This document shows, piece by piece, positions 20,209 through 32,410 of a stretch of DNA of 64,000 bases. The stretch is from the NCBI GenBank assembly GCA_963815195.1, contig CAWFGE010000008.1, positions 512,001-576,000 of the forward strand, written 5' to 3'. This DNA is from an uncultured Planctomycetaceae bacterium (GTDB lineage: Bacteria; Planctomycetota; Planctomycetia; Planctomycetales; Planctomycetaceae). The position numbers and the translations under genes are program-made. The notes below the pieces were generated by a model, which ran no database searches, was not told where the DNA came from, and saw only the letters and a program-made list of their open reading frames with translations. How positions within the stretch are numbered: the first letter of the stretch is position 1; each line of letters begins with the position of its first letter.

Positions 20209-20242
20209 GAAACTGAATTTTGGATTGCGTGGTCGATAACTC

Positions 20243-21609
20243 TTACAATCGCAGGCCGCGGAGTTGGCCGGTGCTGTCGCCGATGAAGGGGGCCGGGGCG
20301 CCCAGCCGGCGAGCATCGACAGGAACAGGTTGCACATCGGGGTTTCTTCTTCGTAGCGGACGTGCCGGCCGGGATCGATCGTGCCGCCGCCGCGGCCGGC
20401 CAAGCAGCATGGGCAGGTTTTCGTTGTTGTGGCGGTTGCCGTCGCTGAGGCCGCTGCCGTAGCACGATCATGCAGTTGTCGAGCAGCGTGCCTTCGCCTT
20501 CGCTGATCGGATTTGAGCCTCCGCAGCAGGTACGCGAACTGGCTGACGTGGAAGCGGTTGATCTGGCGGATCTTGGCGTGCTTTTGCGGATCGTCGCCGT
20601 GGTGCGACAGATCGTGATGCCCGTCCGAAACGCCGATGTTCCGATAACTGCGGTTGCTGCCGGCGTTGGCGAACATGAACGTGGCGATGCGGGTGGAATC
20701 GGTCTGGAACGCCAGCACCAGCATGTCGCTCATCAGCTTGCAGATGCTCGGCATATTCGCGGGGAATGCCCGCGGGCAGCGGATAGTCGATCTCCGGGGA
20801 AACGGCCGGTTCGGCCTCGGCCGCGCTCGAGCCGCTGTTCGATCTCGCGGACGCCGGTCAGGTATTCATCGAGCTTGCGGTTGTCGTTGCCGCCGAGTTT
20901 GCGTTTGCAGCTTGCTGCGCGTCCTCGGCGACGAAGTCGAGAATGCTCTTCTTGCAGGGCCTGCCGGCGGGCGAGGCTGCGCGTCGGCTTCGCGGCGAAT
21001 TGCCGGTCGAGAACAGCCGCTCGAACACGGCCCGGGGATCGGTTTCCTTGCCCATCGGCGAGGCTTCCGACGGCCCAGGAGATGTTCGACGAATAGGCGC
21101 AGCTATAGCCCGAATCGCAGTTGCCCGCGCCGCGGCCGCGCTCGCAGCCGAGTTCCAGCGAAGCGAACCGCGTGGCCTTGCCGATGGCCTGGGCGGCGAA
21201 CTGGTCGACGGAAATCCCCGAGCGGATGTTCGATCCCGACGTTTTCCGCGGCTGGGCACCGGTGAGGAACACCGAGGCGCTGCGGGCATGGTCGCCGGGG
21301 CCGTCGCCGTTGGCCCGGCCTTTGTCGTGCGTCAGGCCGCTGAGCACCGCGATGTCTTCCTGCACCTCGGCCAGGGGTTCCAGAATGTAAGGCAACTCAA
21401 AGCCGAAGCCTTCGGTGGCGGGCGTCCAGTCCGGCAGGTGCACGCCGTTGGGAACGAAGAGAAACGCCATCCGCTTGGGCGGGGTTGCGGTTATTCACAG
21501 TCCCGGCGACCGCGCGCCACGGCCGGCGAGCGATTCCAGCCACGGCAAGCCCAGCGAGATTCCCAGACCTTTGAGTGCGACCGGCGGGACAGCGATAAGG
21601 CCCTGGCAT
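20243..21609 (-). CDS. DUF1552 family protein, broken by several indels
   Basis: Fragments: LGLPWLES, RMAFLFVPNGV, GPGDHAR, ISVDQ, CDSGYSCAYSSNISW, KLDEYLTGVREIEQR, LAFQTDSTRIATFM, HHDLSHH, PMCNLFLSML. Confidence 0.85.
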
Positions 21610-21611
21610 GA

Positions 21612-23510
21612 TTAGTCTCCTTTGGCTTCTCGGAGTCGGAAGGGATCGCTGAGCACGATGGACGTGACAAGCGCACTGAACCGATAATCCTCTGTTGCTA
21701 GATTATCGACAATTTCATTCACCGCACAACGGTCGAACGGACTGCAATTCCCGGCCCAGGGCATAGGTCAGCAGCTTGCGGGCCAGGCAGTCGGCAGAAG
21801 GCGTCTCGCTTCTGATCCACCAGAATCTTGACCATCTCGGCGGCACCGCGGAAGTCTTTTCCGCCGGGGAGCGTTCCGGAGGAGTCGATCTCGAACCGGC
21901 CGTCTTTGTCCCGCCAGGCCCCGGTGACGTCGAAGTTCTCCAGCCCGAAGCCCAGCGCATCCATCTTGCGATGGCAGACCGCGCAGGATTCGTTGGCCCG
22001 GTGCTGCTCCATGCGTTCCCGCAAGCGAACCGAGGGTCTCGGCGTCTTCGCTCAGTTCCTGCACGCCCGCGGGCGGCGGGGGCGGCGGCTCGTCGAGAAT
22101 GTTTTCCAGAATCCATTTGCCCCGTTTCACCGGCGAGGTCCGCGTGGGGTTCGAGGTGATCAGCAGAATGCTGGCGTGGGTGAGCACGCCCCGCCGCTCG
22201 GCCGGCAGCTTCACCCGGCGGAAGTCGTCGCCTGCAATGCCTGTGATGCCGTAATGCTTCGCCAGGCGTTCGTTCAAGAAGCTGTAATCCGCTTTCAAGA
22301 ACTCCAGGACGCTCCGGTCACTTTGGACGACATCTTCGAAAAAGAGTTCCGTCTCCCGCCGCATCGCCGAGCGAAGGGCCGGGTCGAAATTCGGGAACTG
22401 CTCCGCGGCCGGCGTGACCGTCGCGACGCTCCGCAGTTGCAGCCATTGCCCGGCGAAGTTTTTGGTGAGGGCGACGGCTTTGGGATCCCCCAGCATCCGC
22501 CGCGTTTGGGCTTTGAGAACTTCGGGATCGTGGAGTTTCTGTGCCTTCGCGAGCCGGAACAATTCCGCATCGGGCATGCTGCTCCAGAGGAAATACGACA
22601 GCCGGGACGCGAGTTCGTAATCGTCCAGTTCGCGGATGCGGTCGGCATCGTCCGGCGGAGGATCCTTTTCCACGCGAAACAGAAAACGCGGCGACACGAG
22701 AATCGCCGTCATCACCCCTTGGAAGGCTTCTTCGGTCGAGCCGCCCGCTTGCCGGGTTTGCTCCGCGAGCTTCACGAACCGCTCGGCCTCATCTTGAGTC
22801 AGCGGCCGGCGAAACGCCCGCGCCCCAAAGTCTTCGATGTTTCGCTTCAAGGCGTCGGCTTCGCTCAGCTTTTCGCCGGGAACGTGGATCATCACCTTCT
22901 TGCGGGCCGCTTCATCCTCGAAGACTCTCTCGACAATCGTCTGGGCCGCGGCGAAATATTTTTCGATTAATAGCGGCGGCAAGGAAAGCACGTCGCCGAT
23001 GTTGTCGAACCCGCCGCCCACATCATCGGACGGAAACCCCGCCGCGAGCTTGAGGTCGAGCCCCACCAGATCCCGGACGGTGTTGTTGTACTCAGGCCGG
23101 TTCAGCCGGCGGATCGTCACGCGGCCGGGATGGCGATCTTTGCTGCAATCGTAGCGGCCTTGCTCGGCTTTGAGGGCCGCGATGACTTTCTGAAGCTCGG
23201 CTTCGGCAGGCTTGGGCGAATCCTCCGGCGGCATCTGGCGTTCCGTCAGCATCCGCAGGACTTTTTCCCAGACCTCATAATCGGTCTGGACATTGGAGGA
23301 TTTCTGATATTTTTCGAGGGCCAAGCCCGATTCCGGCTCCTTCAGACCGTGGCAGTCGTAGCAGTGCTTCTTCAAAAACGGCACCACATCCTGCACAAAT
23401 GACGACTCCGCCACAGGCTGGAGCGGCGGCGGCTCCGCCGGGGCTTCTTGTGCGCAAAGCACTGTGCCCCAAAGGGTTACGAAAGACAACCAACGAAAAA
23501 TCGGTCGCAA
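21612..23510 (-). CDS. DUF1592/DUF1588-type (PSD) protein with planctomycete cytochrome c domain, frameshifted near the 3' end
   Basis: CYDCH, RRLNRPEYNNTVRDL, ELASRLSYFLWSSMPD, NFAGQWL, RTSPVKRGKWIL, CAVCH..MD.LGFGLENFD; GGAGG before the TTG start; paired with DUF1552. Confidence 0.9.
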
Positions 23511-23629
23511 ATTGGCCTCCCAAGTCTCCTCATCTGATTCGCAGTCGGCGAAGCGTATTGTTATTTAACCCTTATTCCATCAAAAAGTTTCGATGTTCGG
23601 AAGACTTTTCGCGGGCCGGGCTCGTATTT

Positions 23630-26600
23630 TTAAGGACTCGTTTGCAGCCGGCGGCGCTGGGATCGGCGGCGGGCTCGCCAGGCGGCTTTGCGGAAATCGT
23701 CCTCCTCGTTTTCGTTCTTGCCGATGGAGGCGAGCAGGTCCTCGGCCGGTTCTTGTCCCAGCCGGGCCAGGGCTTCGATGGCTCCCAGCCGGGCCGCTTC
23801 CGGCAGGTTCGGGTTCTGGGCGATGGTTTTGAGGTGCTCCAAATCCTCGGCGGCGATCAGCACCGGCAGGGCCACGCCTTGATAGTGCACATTCTCGGCC
23901 GCCGAATGCACCGCGGGCGTGATGTCCACACCCTCGGCCAGCGCCAGGCGTTCCAGGCTCACGCGGTCGGACAGCAGTTTCCCGGAGACGGCGGCCGCGC
24001 GTTTGGCGTCCTGCTCGGCGAGCACCTGGGCCGCCGCGGCGCGGACTTCCGGATCGTGCCCGACCGCGGCGGATTCCAACACCTCCAGGATCGCCTTGTT
24101 CGCCTTTTGCCGGGCGAGGGCGCGGATCGCCTCCAGGCGGATGGGGCGGAAGTAGAAGTCGTCGGCATGGGCGGCCGCGGCCTTGATGAGTTCGTCCCCA
24201 GCGGCGCCCAACCGGCCGGCGGCCCACATCAGTCGGCACAGGCACGGCGTCAGGCTTTCCACCGGATGGTCGCCCCAATAAGGTTTCTGTTCCCGGCGGC
24301 GGTCATCCCATCTCTCCCGCCAAACGCGAATGGCGGCCGCGACTTTTTCGCCGTGCGATTTCGCCTCGGACCCGGCCCGACCCAGAACGTGGGCGGACAA
24401 ATCCACCACGCCTTCCTGCCGGCCGCCGATCGCCTCGGCCGCTTCGTCGACGGGCAGCGTTTCCCGTTTCAAGAGAGCCGACGCGAGCGGCTCCTGGTAA
24501 TCGCTTTTGACGTGCGGAAAAATCTCCATAATCCGGCTCGGCTCGCCCTCCGCGCACACGCGGTCGAGCAGGCGCTGTTGGGCGGCGTCAAAGATCCAAA
24601 ACTCCGCATTCTGCAGCACCGCGTAGTTCGGCTCCAGCGAATCCGGCCCGAACAGCCGCCTCGCCGCGTGCAATGCTTCGTCCAAGACGCCATCGTCCTC
24701 GCGAAGCAGCTTCAAGACCAGATCGCGTGTTGCCGGGTCGTCGTTTTCCGCGAGCAGTTTGACCGCCGTCTCTCGAAACATAAAGGAAGGGTCGTCTGCC
24801 TTCTGGCGGATCAACTTCCAGCCCGTGGGCGTATCGAACCACCTTAAACCCCGCAGGGCCGATTCCGCGAGACCGCCGGTCTTCTTCGCGAGACGCTCGA
24901 GGAGCTTGAAAATTTCCTCGGCCTTGTCGGATTGACCCAAATGCCCCAGGGCCTCGGCGGCTGTCTCCTGCGAGCGCATGCTCGTCTTCGCCCGCGAGCC
25001 TGAGGAGCACATCGAGGGCCCGCTCGTCCGCGAGTTCCCCCAACGCCAACACCGCCCGCTGCCGGAGCGTGACCTCTTCCATCAAATCCACCGCGGAGAG
25101 CAAAATGCTGAGGCCTTCCTTGCGGCCCGCTTTTGCGAGCGCCTCGGCCGCCAGGAACTTCGTGTGCGGATCGCGATGTTCGAGGGCCTTCAAAAGCGGT
25201 TCCGCAGAGCCGCCGCGGTGCTTCAATCGCCAGCCGAGGGCTTCCACGGCATCGCGGCGCAGGCTGTCGTCCGAATGCGCCGCGACCACGGCGAGCACGG
25301 GATCCACCTCCCGTCCCCGCGACCAGCGAGCCTGCTCCAACGAGAATTTCAGCGTGTTCGTCTCGCCGAGCTCCAAGAGTTTTTCCATGAGCCGCGCGAG
25401 CACATCATCGCGGCGGGGATGCTGTTTTTGCTCCCAAGCGGGATCGATGAGTTCCTCCCCTTCCGCAGGCTCTCGCAGCATCCAACCCCGCATGGCATCC
25501 CAGATCGTCAGATGCATGGTTTCCATGTTGGGCTGATCGTAGCCGGTGATGGTCCAGACGGCCTCGTGGCACGCGGTCCGCAGTTTGGATTGCTCCATCA
25601 TCTTGAGCAATCGGCCGGCGGTTTCCTCCTGCCGAAATCGCCCCGCGGCTTTGATGAGTTCCGCGGCCGGGGCTTCGCCCGCCGGGTCGTTTTCCACGCG
25701 GTCCAACAGAGCCTTCGGCGTGCGGGGATCGCCCAAGGTTTCGAACGCCCCCACAATCGCCGCCGTGGGCGTTTCCTGGAGAAGCTCCACAAGCGCCTCG
25801 AAAGCGGCGGCATCTTTCTTGCGGGCCAGTTCGATCGCGGCGGCTTTGCGGACCGGACGATACCGCGAATCCAACGCGGCCGCAAGTTGTTTCTGGGCCT
25901 TCGCCGATCGGGTCTTCGCGTCTTTGTCGGCGGGCTCGGGCTGGTAATCCGCGGAGAGCCAGTTCACGGCTTGCAGGCGGAGTTTGTCCCAAGCGGCTTC
26001 CAAGGCGCGGCCTGCGATCTCCACGGGGTCGTGCTTCTCGCGAAGAATCTGCGCCGCCTCGCGGGCCAGGTTGTCCGTGCGGCCGAGCATCACCTCTTCG
26101 AGCACCTTGCGGCCCGCGGCGGGCGTGGCGCCTTCGGTGATGAGATTCAGCCCCTTCACCCCCAAGTCGGTGTGGCCGGTTTCGATCGCCTCCGCGCCCA
26201 ACTCTTCGGCCGGCACTCCTAAAGCGCGGAGTTGATCGAACGCCTGAAACCGCACCGCCTGATTCGGATCGCCCAAAGCCTGCACCTGCACCGGGACCGC
26301 TGAGGCTCGGAACGACGTTTGTTCCTCGGCCAACGCTTGCAGCCGGCGAAGCGCGGTTTGCCGGATGCGAATGTTTTGAGCCTGCGAACCGCCCGCCTCG
26401 CGGACCAATCCGACATACGTGCCAAACGCGAGTTCGCTGAGCTCCGCCTGGGTGACGGCGATCTTCGGGAGCTTGTGCTTCTTGGAAACGCCCAGGGCCG
26501 TTTGCAGTTCCTCGGCGAAGCGTTTTTCAAAAACCGACCAGGCCAGGTCCCACGCGTGCTGTTTGTCTTCTTTGAACAGCGGCAACATCGGCACCGCGCG

Positions 26601-29600
26601 GGCCTGTAAAAATTGCGGCCCGAAGCACAACACGTCGGCCAGTATCGAAATCGTGTCTTCACCGATCGTCCACGCGGCTTCGTCGCCTTTGTCGTTAATG
26701 GTGTGGACGAGAAACTCGGCGAAGGCCTGGGGATCCGGAAAATGCTCCAAGGCCCGGGCTGCGATCAACCGCACGCGCGGATGCCGGGACGACAGGCCCG
26801 CCAAACACCCGCCGGGCGTGCCGGCGTGCTTCTTCCAATCGCCGGCGAGCAAAATCACCAGGGCGGACATCCGCAGGCTCTCATCGTCTGCATCCAAAAA
26901 GGACACGATGCGGTCTTTTCCCGCTTCGCCCAAGGTGACCGCGGCCGCGAGTTGGGCGATTTCCGAAAGCACCTTGGCCCCCTCTGGGGAAAACAGCAGC
27001 GACGCTCCCAACCCATCGCCGCAGTAGGCCAAACCCAAAGCGGCCTGGTATCGGACTTCGGCATCGGCGTGCTGCAATCGCGGCTTGAGGGCCCCCAGGA
27101 GCGCGGGTGACGCCATCCCCGCCAGCGCCTCCGCCGCGGCCTGGCGAACGGTGGAGTGACTGCTTTCCAGGTGCGGACCGACGGCATCGAACGCCGCGGG
27201 ATCGCCCAGTTCGCCGAGCGCCTTGAGCGCTTCCTGCACGACCAACACCCAGGCACGGATTTTTCTTTGTCTTTGTCGACGGGTTCGGGTTCGCTGACAA
27301 GATCCAACAACGGCTTGAGAGCCGCCTTGTCACCCATCCGAGCCCGCGCCCCGGCCGCCCGCAACCTGACATCGATGTAGGGGCTTTCCAACGCCTGAGA
27401 CAGCGCCTGTTCCGCATCCGCATGGACGAGGGCTTCGAGGGCTGCCTGCCGGACGTTCAAATCCGGATCGCTGAGCGCGGGCAACAACTCGGCCTGGGCT
27501 TTCTTGGTGCGTTTTTTCACCAGGTCCTTCACCCCCGCGAGGCGGATGTCGGGATATTGCGATTCCAAAGCCTCCGTCAGCGGCCCGAGGTCGCTGGCCT
27601 TGGCTTTCTTCACCGCGAAGTCGAAGGCTTCTTTTCGAAGGGTCGGATCGGGGTCGTTATACAGCTCGAAGACGAGTTCCTCGGCCCAGGCGGATTTGAT
27701 CTGGGCCATGACTTCCGTGAGCACTTCCCGCCGCACGTCCGCGTGGATGCTCTTCAAAATGAACCGCAGCGTCTCCCCGCCGCCGCCCGCGACTTTCTGA
27801 TTGAGGCAGGCTTTGAACGCCTCGCTCCGCACCGCGGGAAACGAATCGTTGAGCGCCCGCACCAACGGCTCGGCTGATGGATCGTCCTCGCTTCGGGGCG
27901 GATGCTTGCGGACGGCCGCGATCAACTCCTGCAAACCGCGCCGGCGGACATCTTCGTAAGCGGCGTTCAATCCCGCCTCGGCCGCTTCGAGCGGCTGTTT
28001 TTCATAAAGCTTCGCGAGCGCCGTGAACGCAGCGTCGCGGACTTCGCCCGCATCATCGTTCAAAAGCGTCCGCAAACGATCCGCGGCCCGCGGGTCATTC
28101 AAGTCGGCGAGTGCTCGGCATACCTCCACGCGGGCCTTGGGCTCTTTCTCCCGGCTGAGTTGCAAAAGCAGCCCGAACGCCCGCGGATCGCCCAAGAGCG
28201 CCAAACACCGCCCGCCGAGCAAGCACGTATCCAACACCCGGCTGGCCATCGCTTCCAACAGCGGCTCGTAATCGTCGGGCGAAAGATTCAGCTTCTTGAT
28301 CGTCGTCTTGGGCAACTCGGCGTCCTTGTCATCCGCCTTTGACTTCTTACCCTTGGCGGTTGTGGTGTCCTCCTCTTCCAGCGTAAAGGTTTCCAATTCG
28401 TAAAGCTGCCGGTGCAATTCCGGATCGCGGGCGCGGAGGGCTTCGACGAGCTTGTCCCGCGTGAACAGCGAGACCAAAAAAGCGGCCCGGCGGACGTCGG
28501 CGTTCTGATCTTCCCCGAGCCGCCGCAATGCCGATTGGACGCGCGGCAAATCGAGCAGCTTCCGCTGAAACAGCCGCACGAGCGCCAACCGCCTGAGGTC
28601 CGCGTGTTTGGTCTTCAGTCCGATCAACTCCGCCTCCGGCGAGGTTTTCGCATGGACGGCTTCCAGGCTCAAGAGCGCGGCCCGGCGGACTTCGCGCGTC
28701 GGCCGATTCAGGGCATTCTCCAGGCGGGACAGGGCCCGGTCGTCTTTTTTGGCGAGTTGTTCAAGGGCCGACACCGCTTCGCAGCCGATGTCCGGCTTGT
28801 CCGCGTCGAGCGCCAAATCGAGCGGACGCAGGTCGCCTGCCTCGCTGAGCTTCAAAAGCCCCGCAAGCGCGGTCCGGCGGACCGCTTCATCGTTGTGCTT
28901 GAGGTTGTCTTCCAGAATCTTGACCGCGCGGGGATGGCCGGATTCCGCGACCAGGGACGCGGCCAACTGCCGGACCGCGTGGTCGGCATCCTGGCCGATT
29001 TGCCGGGCCATGATCTCCATCGATTTGGTGTCGGCGTAGCCCGCGAGTTCCTTGAGCGCTGCTTCGCGGCGGGCGGTTTGCGGCTCTGCCAGTTCATGCT
29101 CCGCCCGGGCGTAGGCGTCGAACACTTTCGCCGACACATCGCCGATCTTCCCCGCGGCATCCAGGAGGAAAAACCGGAGCGTGTTGTCATCGCAAGCCGC
29201 GATAAGATGCGGCCGGGAATGAATGGAGACGATCCCGAGATCGACAACACTCCCGACGCCGTCTTTGGTGGTCGCGGGACGCGCGGCTCCCGCGCGGGTC
29301 CAGCTTTTGAGCGTGCGGTCGCCGCTCCCGGTGATGAAGCGCTCCCCGGGCGCGAGCACCATGCTCGTCACCGGCTCGGCGTGATTGTTGCCCCGGCCGC
29401 GGTCTTCGGGCTCCAATGTGCCCCGCGCGTGCGTCAATAACAGCTTTTGATCCGCCCCCGCGGAGAAGAAGCGGAGTTCCTCCGGTTCGAATAGAATCGC
29501 CCGCACCGCGGCTTCGTGGAGCTTGTCCGATTCACTCAACAGGAACCCGGGTTTGTCCTCGCACTCAAACACGAACACCAACCCCTTCGCCGTGCCTGCG

Positions 29601-30061
29601 ACGAGCCATTCGCCCGTGGGGTCGGCGGCGAGTTTGCTTCCGTTTTCGGGAAGCTCCAGCGTTTCGAGGATTTTTCCATCCTTGCGGGAGAGAATCGAAA
29701 TCACCGCGTCCGTCAGCACCGCGATGCGATCTTCCGATAGCAAGGCAAGCGAAGTGATCGCGGACGAAAACGCCTCGCCCACGGCGGCGGGTTTCTTGCC
29801 TTGGGGCGCAGTGCGGTAAAGCTGCCCCGCGCCGCCGCCGATCCATAACGTCGGTTGATTCTTGGCATCCGTTTCGATCGTCAAACATAACCCGCCCGCG
29901 GGCAGCGGTTGCTCGTCGAGCGCAAAATTCTCCACGTTCAACGTGTAAACGGCGGCGGGCTGTTGATCGGGATGCAGCGTCACGAAAAATGCGAAGGTCT
30001 CGTGCCCGGCCAAGGCTTTGATGTCGCCTCGGTACGTCAAATATTTTTCGCTCAGCGGCAT
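23630..30061 (-). CDS. giant (~2,140 aa) WD40 beta-propeller + HEAT-repeat protein, split by indels near 27260 and 24970
   Basis: Three overlapping ORFs in register. N-terminal WD-like repeats (HEAAVRAILF..FFSAGADQKL, FITGSGDRTLKSW), then many VR..A..AL HEAT units; GGAG before ATG 30061. Confidence 0.85.
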
Positions 30062-30286
30062 GGGGAACTCCGGACGAAGAACGGAACGAACGTCCGAACA
30101 CATCTCAACAAACCGGCTTTCCGCCCGCAAGTGTCTCGCGGCGTCTTTCCAAATCGCTTCTTGAATTCCCCAGAGGGCCGGGTACAATCGCTCGTTGGAA
30201 TTCTACACATTTTTACAGAATCCATTGCCCCCAACACTCGTTGCAGCGGCGATTTTCTCCCCCCATCCTCCTGTTGGAGATTCCTC

Positions 30287-30730
30287 ATGGGTTTGTTCGA
30301 CAATTTCTTCGGAACGCAAAAAGAGAGCCAGGAAATGGCGGTCCAAGAGGCCTTCGCGGGCATTCTCCTCGCCGCGGCGGCGGCGGACGGACACATCGCC
30401 GATGAAGAAGCCGAAGGCCTGTGGTCCACGCTTTCCCGGATGCGAATGTTCGAATCCTGGAGCGGGCAACAATTCAGCCACATGATGGACCGCCTCGTGA
30501 AAATCCTGAAACGCCACGACGTGGACGGACTCTTGGATCGCTGCGTCAACAGTCTCCCCAACAAGTTGCACGAAACCGCCTTCGCCAACGCCTGCGACAT
30601 CGTTCTCGCCGACGGCGTGGTCGAAGAGGACGAGGAAGAGTTTCTCGAAAAACTCCAGCGGCGGCTCGATGTCAGCGGCGACGAGGCCCTGACCATCGTG
30701 GAAGTCATGATCATCAAGAACAAAGGCTGA
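30287..30730 (+). CDS. TerB-family (tellurite-resistance-like) protein, copy 1
   Basis: EAFAGILLAAAAADGHIADEE ... VLADGVVEEDEEEFLEKL ... IKNKG; GGAG RBS. Confidence 0.85.
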   Translation: MGLFDNFFGTQKESQEMAVQEAFAGILLAAAAADGHIADEEAEGLWSTLSRMRMFESWSGQQFSHMMDRLVKILKRHDVDGLLDRCVNSLPNKLHETAFANACDIVLADGVVEEDEEEFLEKLQRRLDVSGDEALTIVEVMIIKNKG

Positions 30731-30813
30731 TCTCGAGCCGGCGGATGCCGCCCGGCGGTTTTCACCGTTGGTTGCGAGAGGAAATCGATGCGAACTCAGG
30801 ATTTTCAGTGAGC

Positions 30814-30846
30814 GGAGAAGATAGAAGATAGAGGATGGAGGATAGA
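30814..30846. repeat. heptamer tandem repeat (GAAGATA/GAGGATG)
   Basis: gagaagatagaagatagaggatggaggataga between the two terB-like genes. Confidence 0.6.
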
Positions 30847-30918
30847 CCGCGTTGACGGCCGCTCGATTTTTGTCTCAACAATTCACATCATTTCACATCA
30901 TTCGCGAGGACTCGTGCT

Positions 30919-31362
30919 ATGGGGCTCTTTGAAAATGCCTTTGACGGAATGAGCGGGGACAAAACCCTTACCACGCAGGAAGCCTTCGCCGGCGTGCTGC
31001 TCGCGGCCAGCGCCTGCGACGGGCACATCTCGAACGAAGAAGCCCAGGGCTTGGGCATTATCGCGCTTCGCATGAAAATGTTCCAAGGTTACGACGGCTC
31101 GAAATTCAGCAAGATGATGGACAAGCTCCTGGGCGTGCTCAAACGCGACGGCGTGGAGACGCTCCTCGAACGGGCCGTCGATTCCCTTCCCGACGACCTG
31201 GGAGAAACCGCCTTCGCCGGGGCCTGCGATCTGACGCTCGCCGATCAAGGCATCGAAGAGGAAGAGAAAGAGTTCCTGCACGAGCTTCGCCTCAAGCTCG
31301 GCATCGACCGCGAACAGGCCCAGAAGATTTTCAAAGTCATGGCCGTCAAAAATCGCGGCTAA
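30919..31362 (+). CDS. TerB-family protein, copy 2
   Basis: EAFAGVLLAASACDGHISNEE ... LADQGIEEEEKEFL ... VKNRG; colinear with copy 1 and the same length (147 aa). Confidence 0.85.
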   Translation: MGLFENAFDGMSGDKTLTTQEAFAGVLLAASACDGHISNEEAQGLGIIALRMKMFQGYDGSKFSKMMDKLLGVLKRDGVETLLERAVDSLPDDLGETAFAGACDLTLADQGIEEEEKEFLHELRLKLGIDREQAQKIFKVMAVKNRG

Positions 31363-31378
31363 AGGGCCTAAGGGTTTG

Positions 31379-31861
31379 ATGCTCGAAAAGATCGTCTCCG
31401 GCGGGCAGACCGGCGTGGACCGGGCGGCTCTCGATGCCGCCCTCGAATGCGGGTTTCCCTTGGGCGGCTGGTGCCCCAAAGACCGCCGGGCGGAAGACGG
31501 CCGGATCGCGAATCGCTATCCCCTCGCCGAAACTCCCAAACGCCGCTACCAAGAGCGCACCCGGTGGAACGTCCGCGACTCCGACGGCACGCTGATTCTC
31601 GCCGCGGGCGACCTCACCGGCGGCACGCTGCTCACCGCCCGGCTCGCGGAGCAATTCCAGAAGCCGTTGTTTCATGTCGATCTTTCCGAGCCGATTCCTG
31701 TGGAGGACCTCCTGGCTCAACTCGCCGCCAAGCAGATTCGCGTGCTCAACATCGCGGGTCCCCGGGAAAGCACCGAACCGGGAGTTTACGCGCGGTCGTT
31801 CGATTTTGTCGCAAGACTGATCCGCGCGGCGAAAGCGAAAACCGCCAAGGCCGGCGGCTAG
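31379..31861 (+). CDS. 'putative molybdenum carrier' / circularly permuted YpsA SLOG family protein
   Basis: KIVSGGQTGVDRAALD, GGWCP..R.AEDG.I, RT.WNVRDSDGTL, LNIAGPRES. Confidence 0.88.
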   Translation: MLEKIVSGGQTGVDRAALDAALECGFPLGGWCPKDRRAEDGRIANRYPLAETPKRRYQERTRWNVRDSDGTLILAAGDLTGGTLLTARLAEQFQKPLFHVDLSEPIPVEDLLAQLAAKQIRVLNIAGPRESTEPGVYARSFDFVARLIRAAKAKTAKAGG

Positions 31862-31875
31862 CGCCGTACCGCTCA
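31851..31875. repeat. solo REP-like arm (family of 1977-2109)
   Basis: ccggcggctagcgccgtaccgctca; contains the TAG stop of the upstream gene. Confidence 0.8.
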
Positions 31876-31879
31876 CAGT

Positions 31880-32227
31880 TCACTCGGCCAGGTTGCGGAC
31901 GAAGCGGTTGTGCTCATCGACCAGAATCACTTTGGGCGAAATGGGCTTGTTGGAAAGCTCGAACCCCATAATCAAAATCTCTTCGCCCGCGCGGATCAAA
32001 TGGGCCGCGGCTCCGTTCATTCCGACGAGGCCCGAATCCGGCTGGCCTTCGATCACATAGGTTTCCAGCCGCGCTCCGGACGTGTTGCTGACCACGAGCA
32101 CCTTTTCGCCGGGCTGGAGGCCGACGCGCTCCATGAGACTCGCATCGATCGTGATGCTACCCACGTAATTCACATCCGCCTGGGTCACGCGGGCTTTATG
32201 GATTTTCGAAGATAAAAACCACTTCAT
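31880..32227 (-). CDS. panD: aspartate 1-decarboxylase
   Basis: SKIHKARVTQADVNYVGSITID (G-S cleavage site), GARLETYVI, NGAAAHL. Confidence 0.96.
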   Translation of the reverse strand: MKWFLSSKIHKARVTQADVNYVGSITIDASLMERVGLQPGEKVLVVSNTSGARLETYVIEGQPDSGLVGMNGAAAHLIRAGEEILIMGFELSNKPISPKVILVDEHNRFVRNLAE

Positions 32228-32410
32228 GTCGGAACTTCTTTATTAGCGCAGTCCTCGTTGCTTCGGCCGAAGGAATCGTAGGCGATTGCGCAAAAAGAAA
32301 AGCGAAAGAGCCGCAGGAGAGTCGCCGCGAGCGTGCAAAGAGAAAGGACCGGCGAAAAGCCAATCGCCTTTTCGCCGGTCCTCGTCGATGTCAATCAATA
32401 ATCATCAAGC

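Noticed and set aside
23630..30061. Retron or MoxR-vWA system around the HEAT protein
   Set aside because: No reverse transcriptase, AAA+ ATPase, vWA or SWIM gene in the window.
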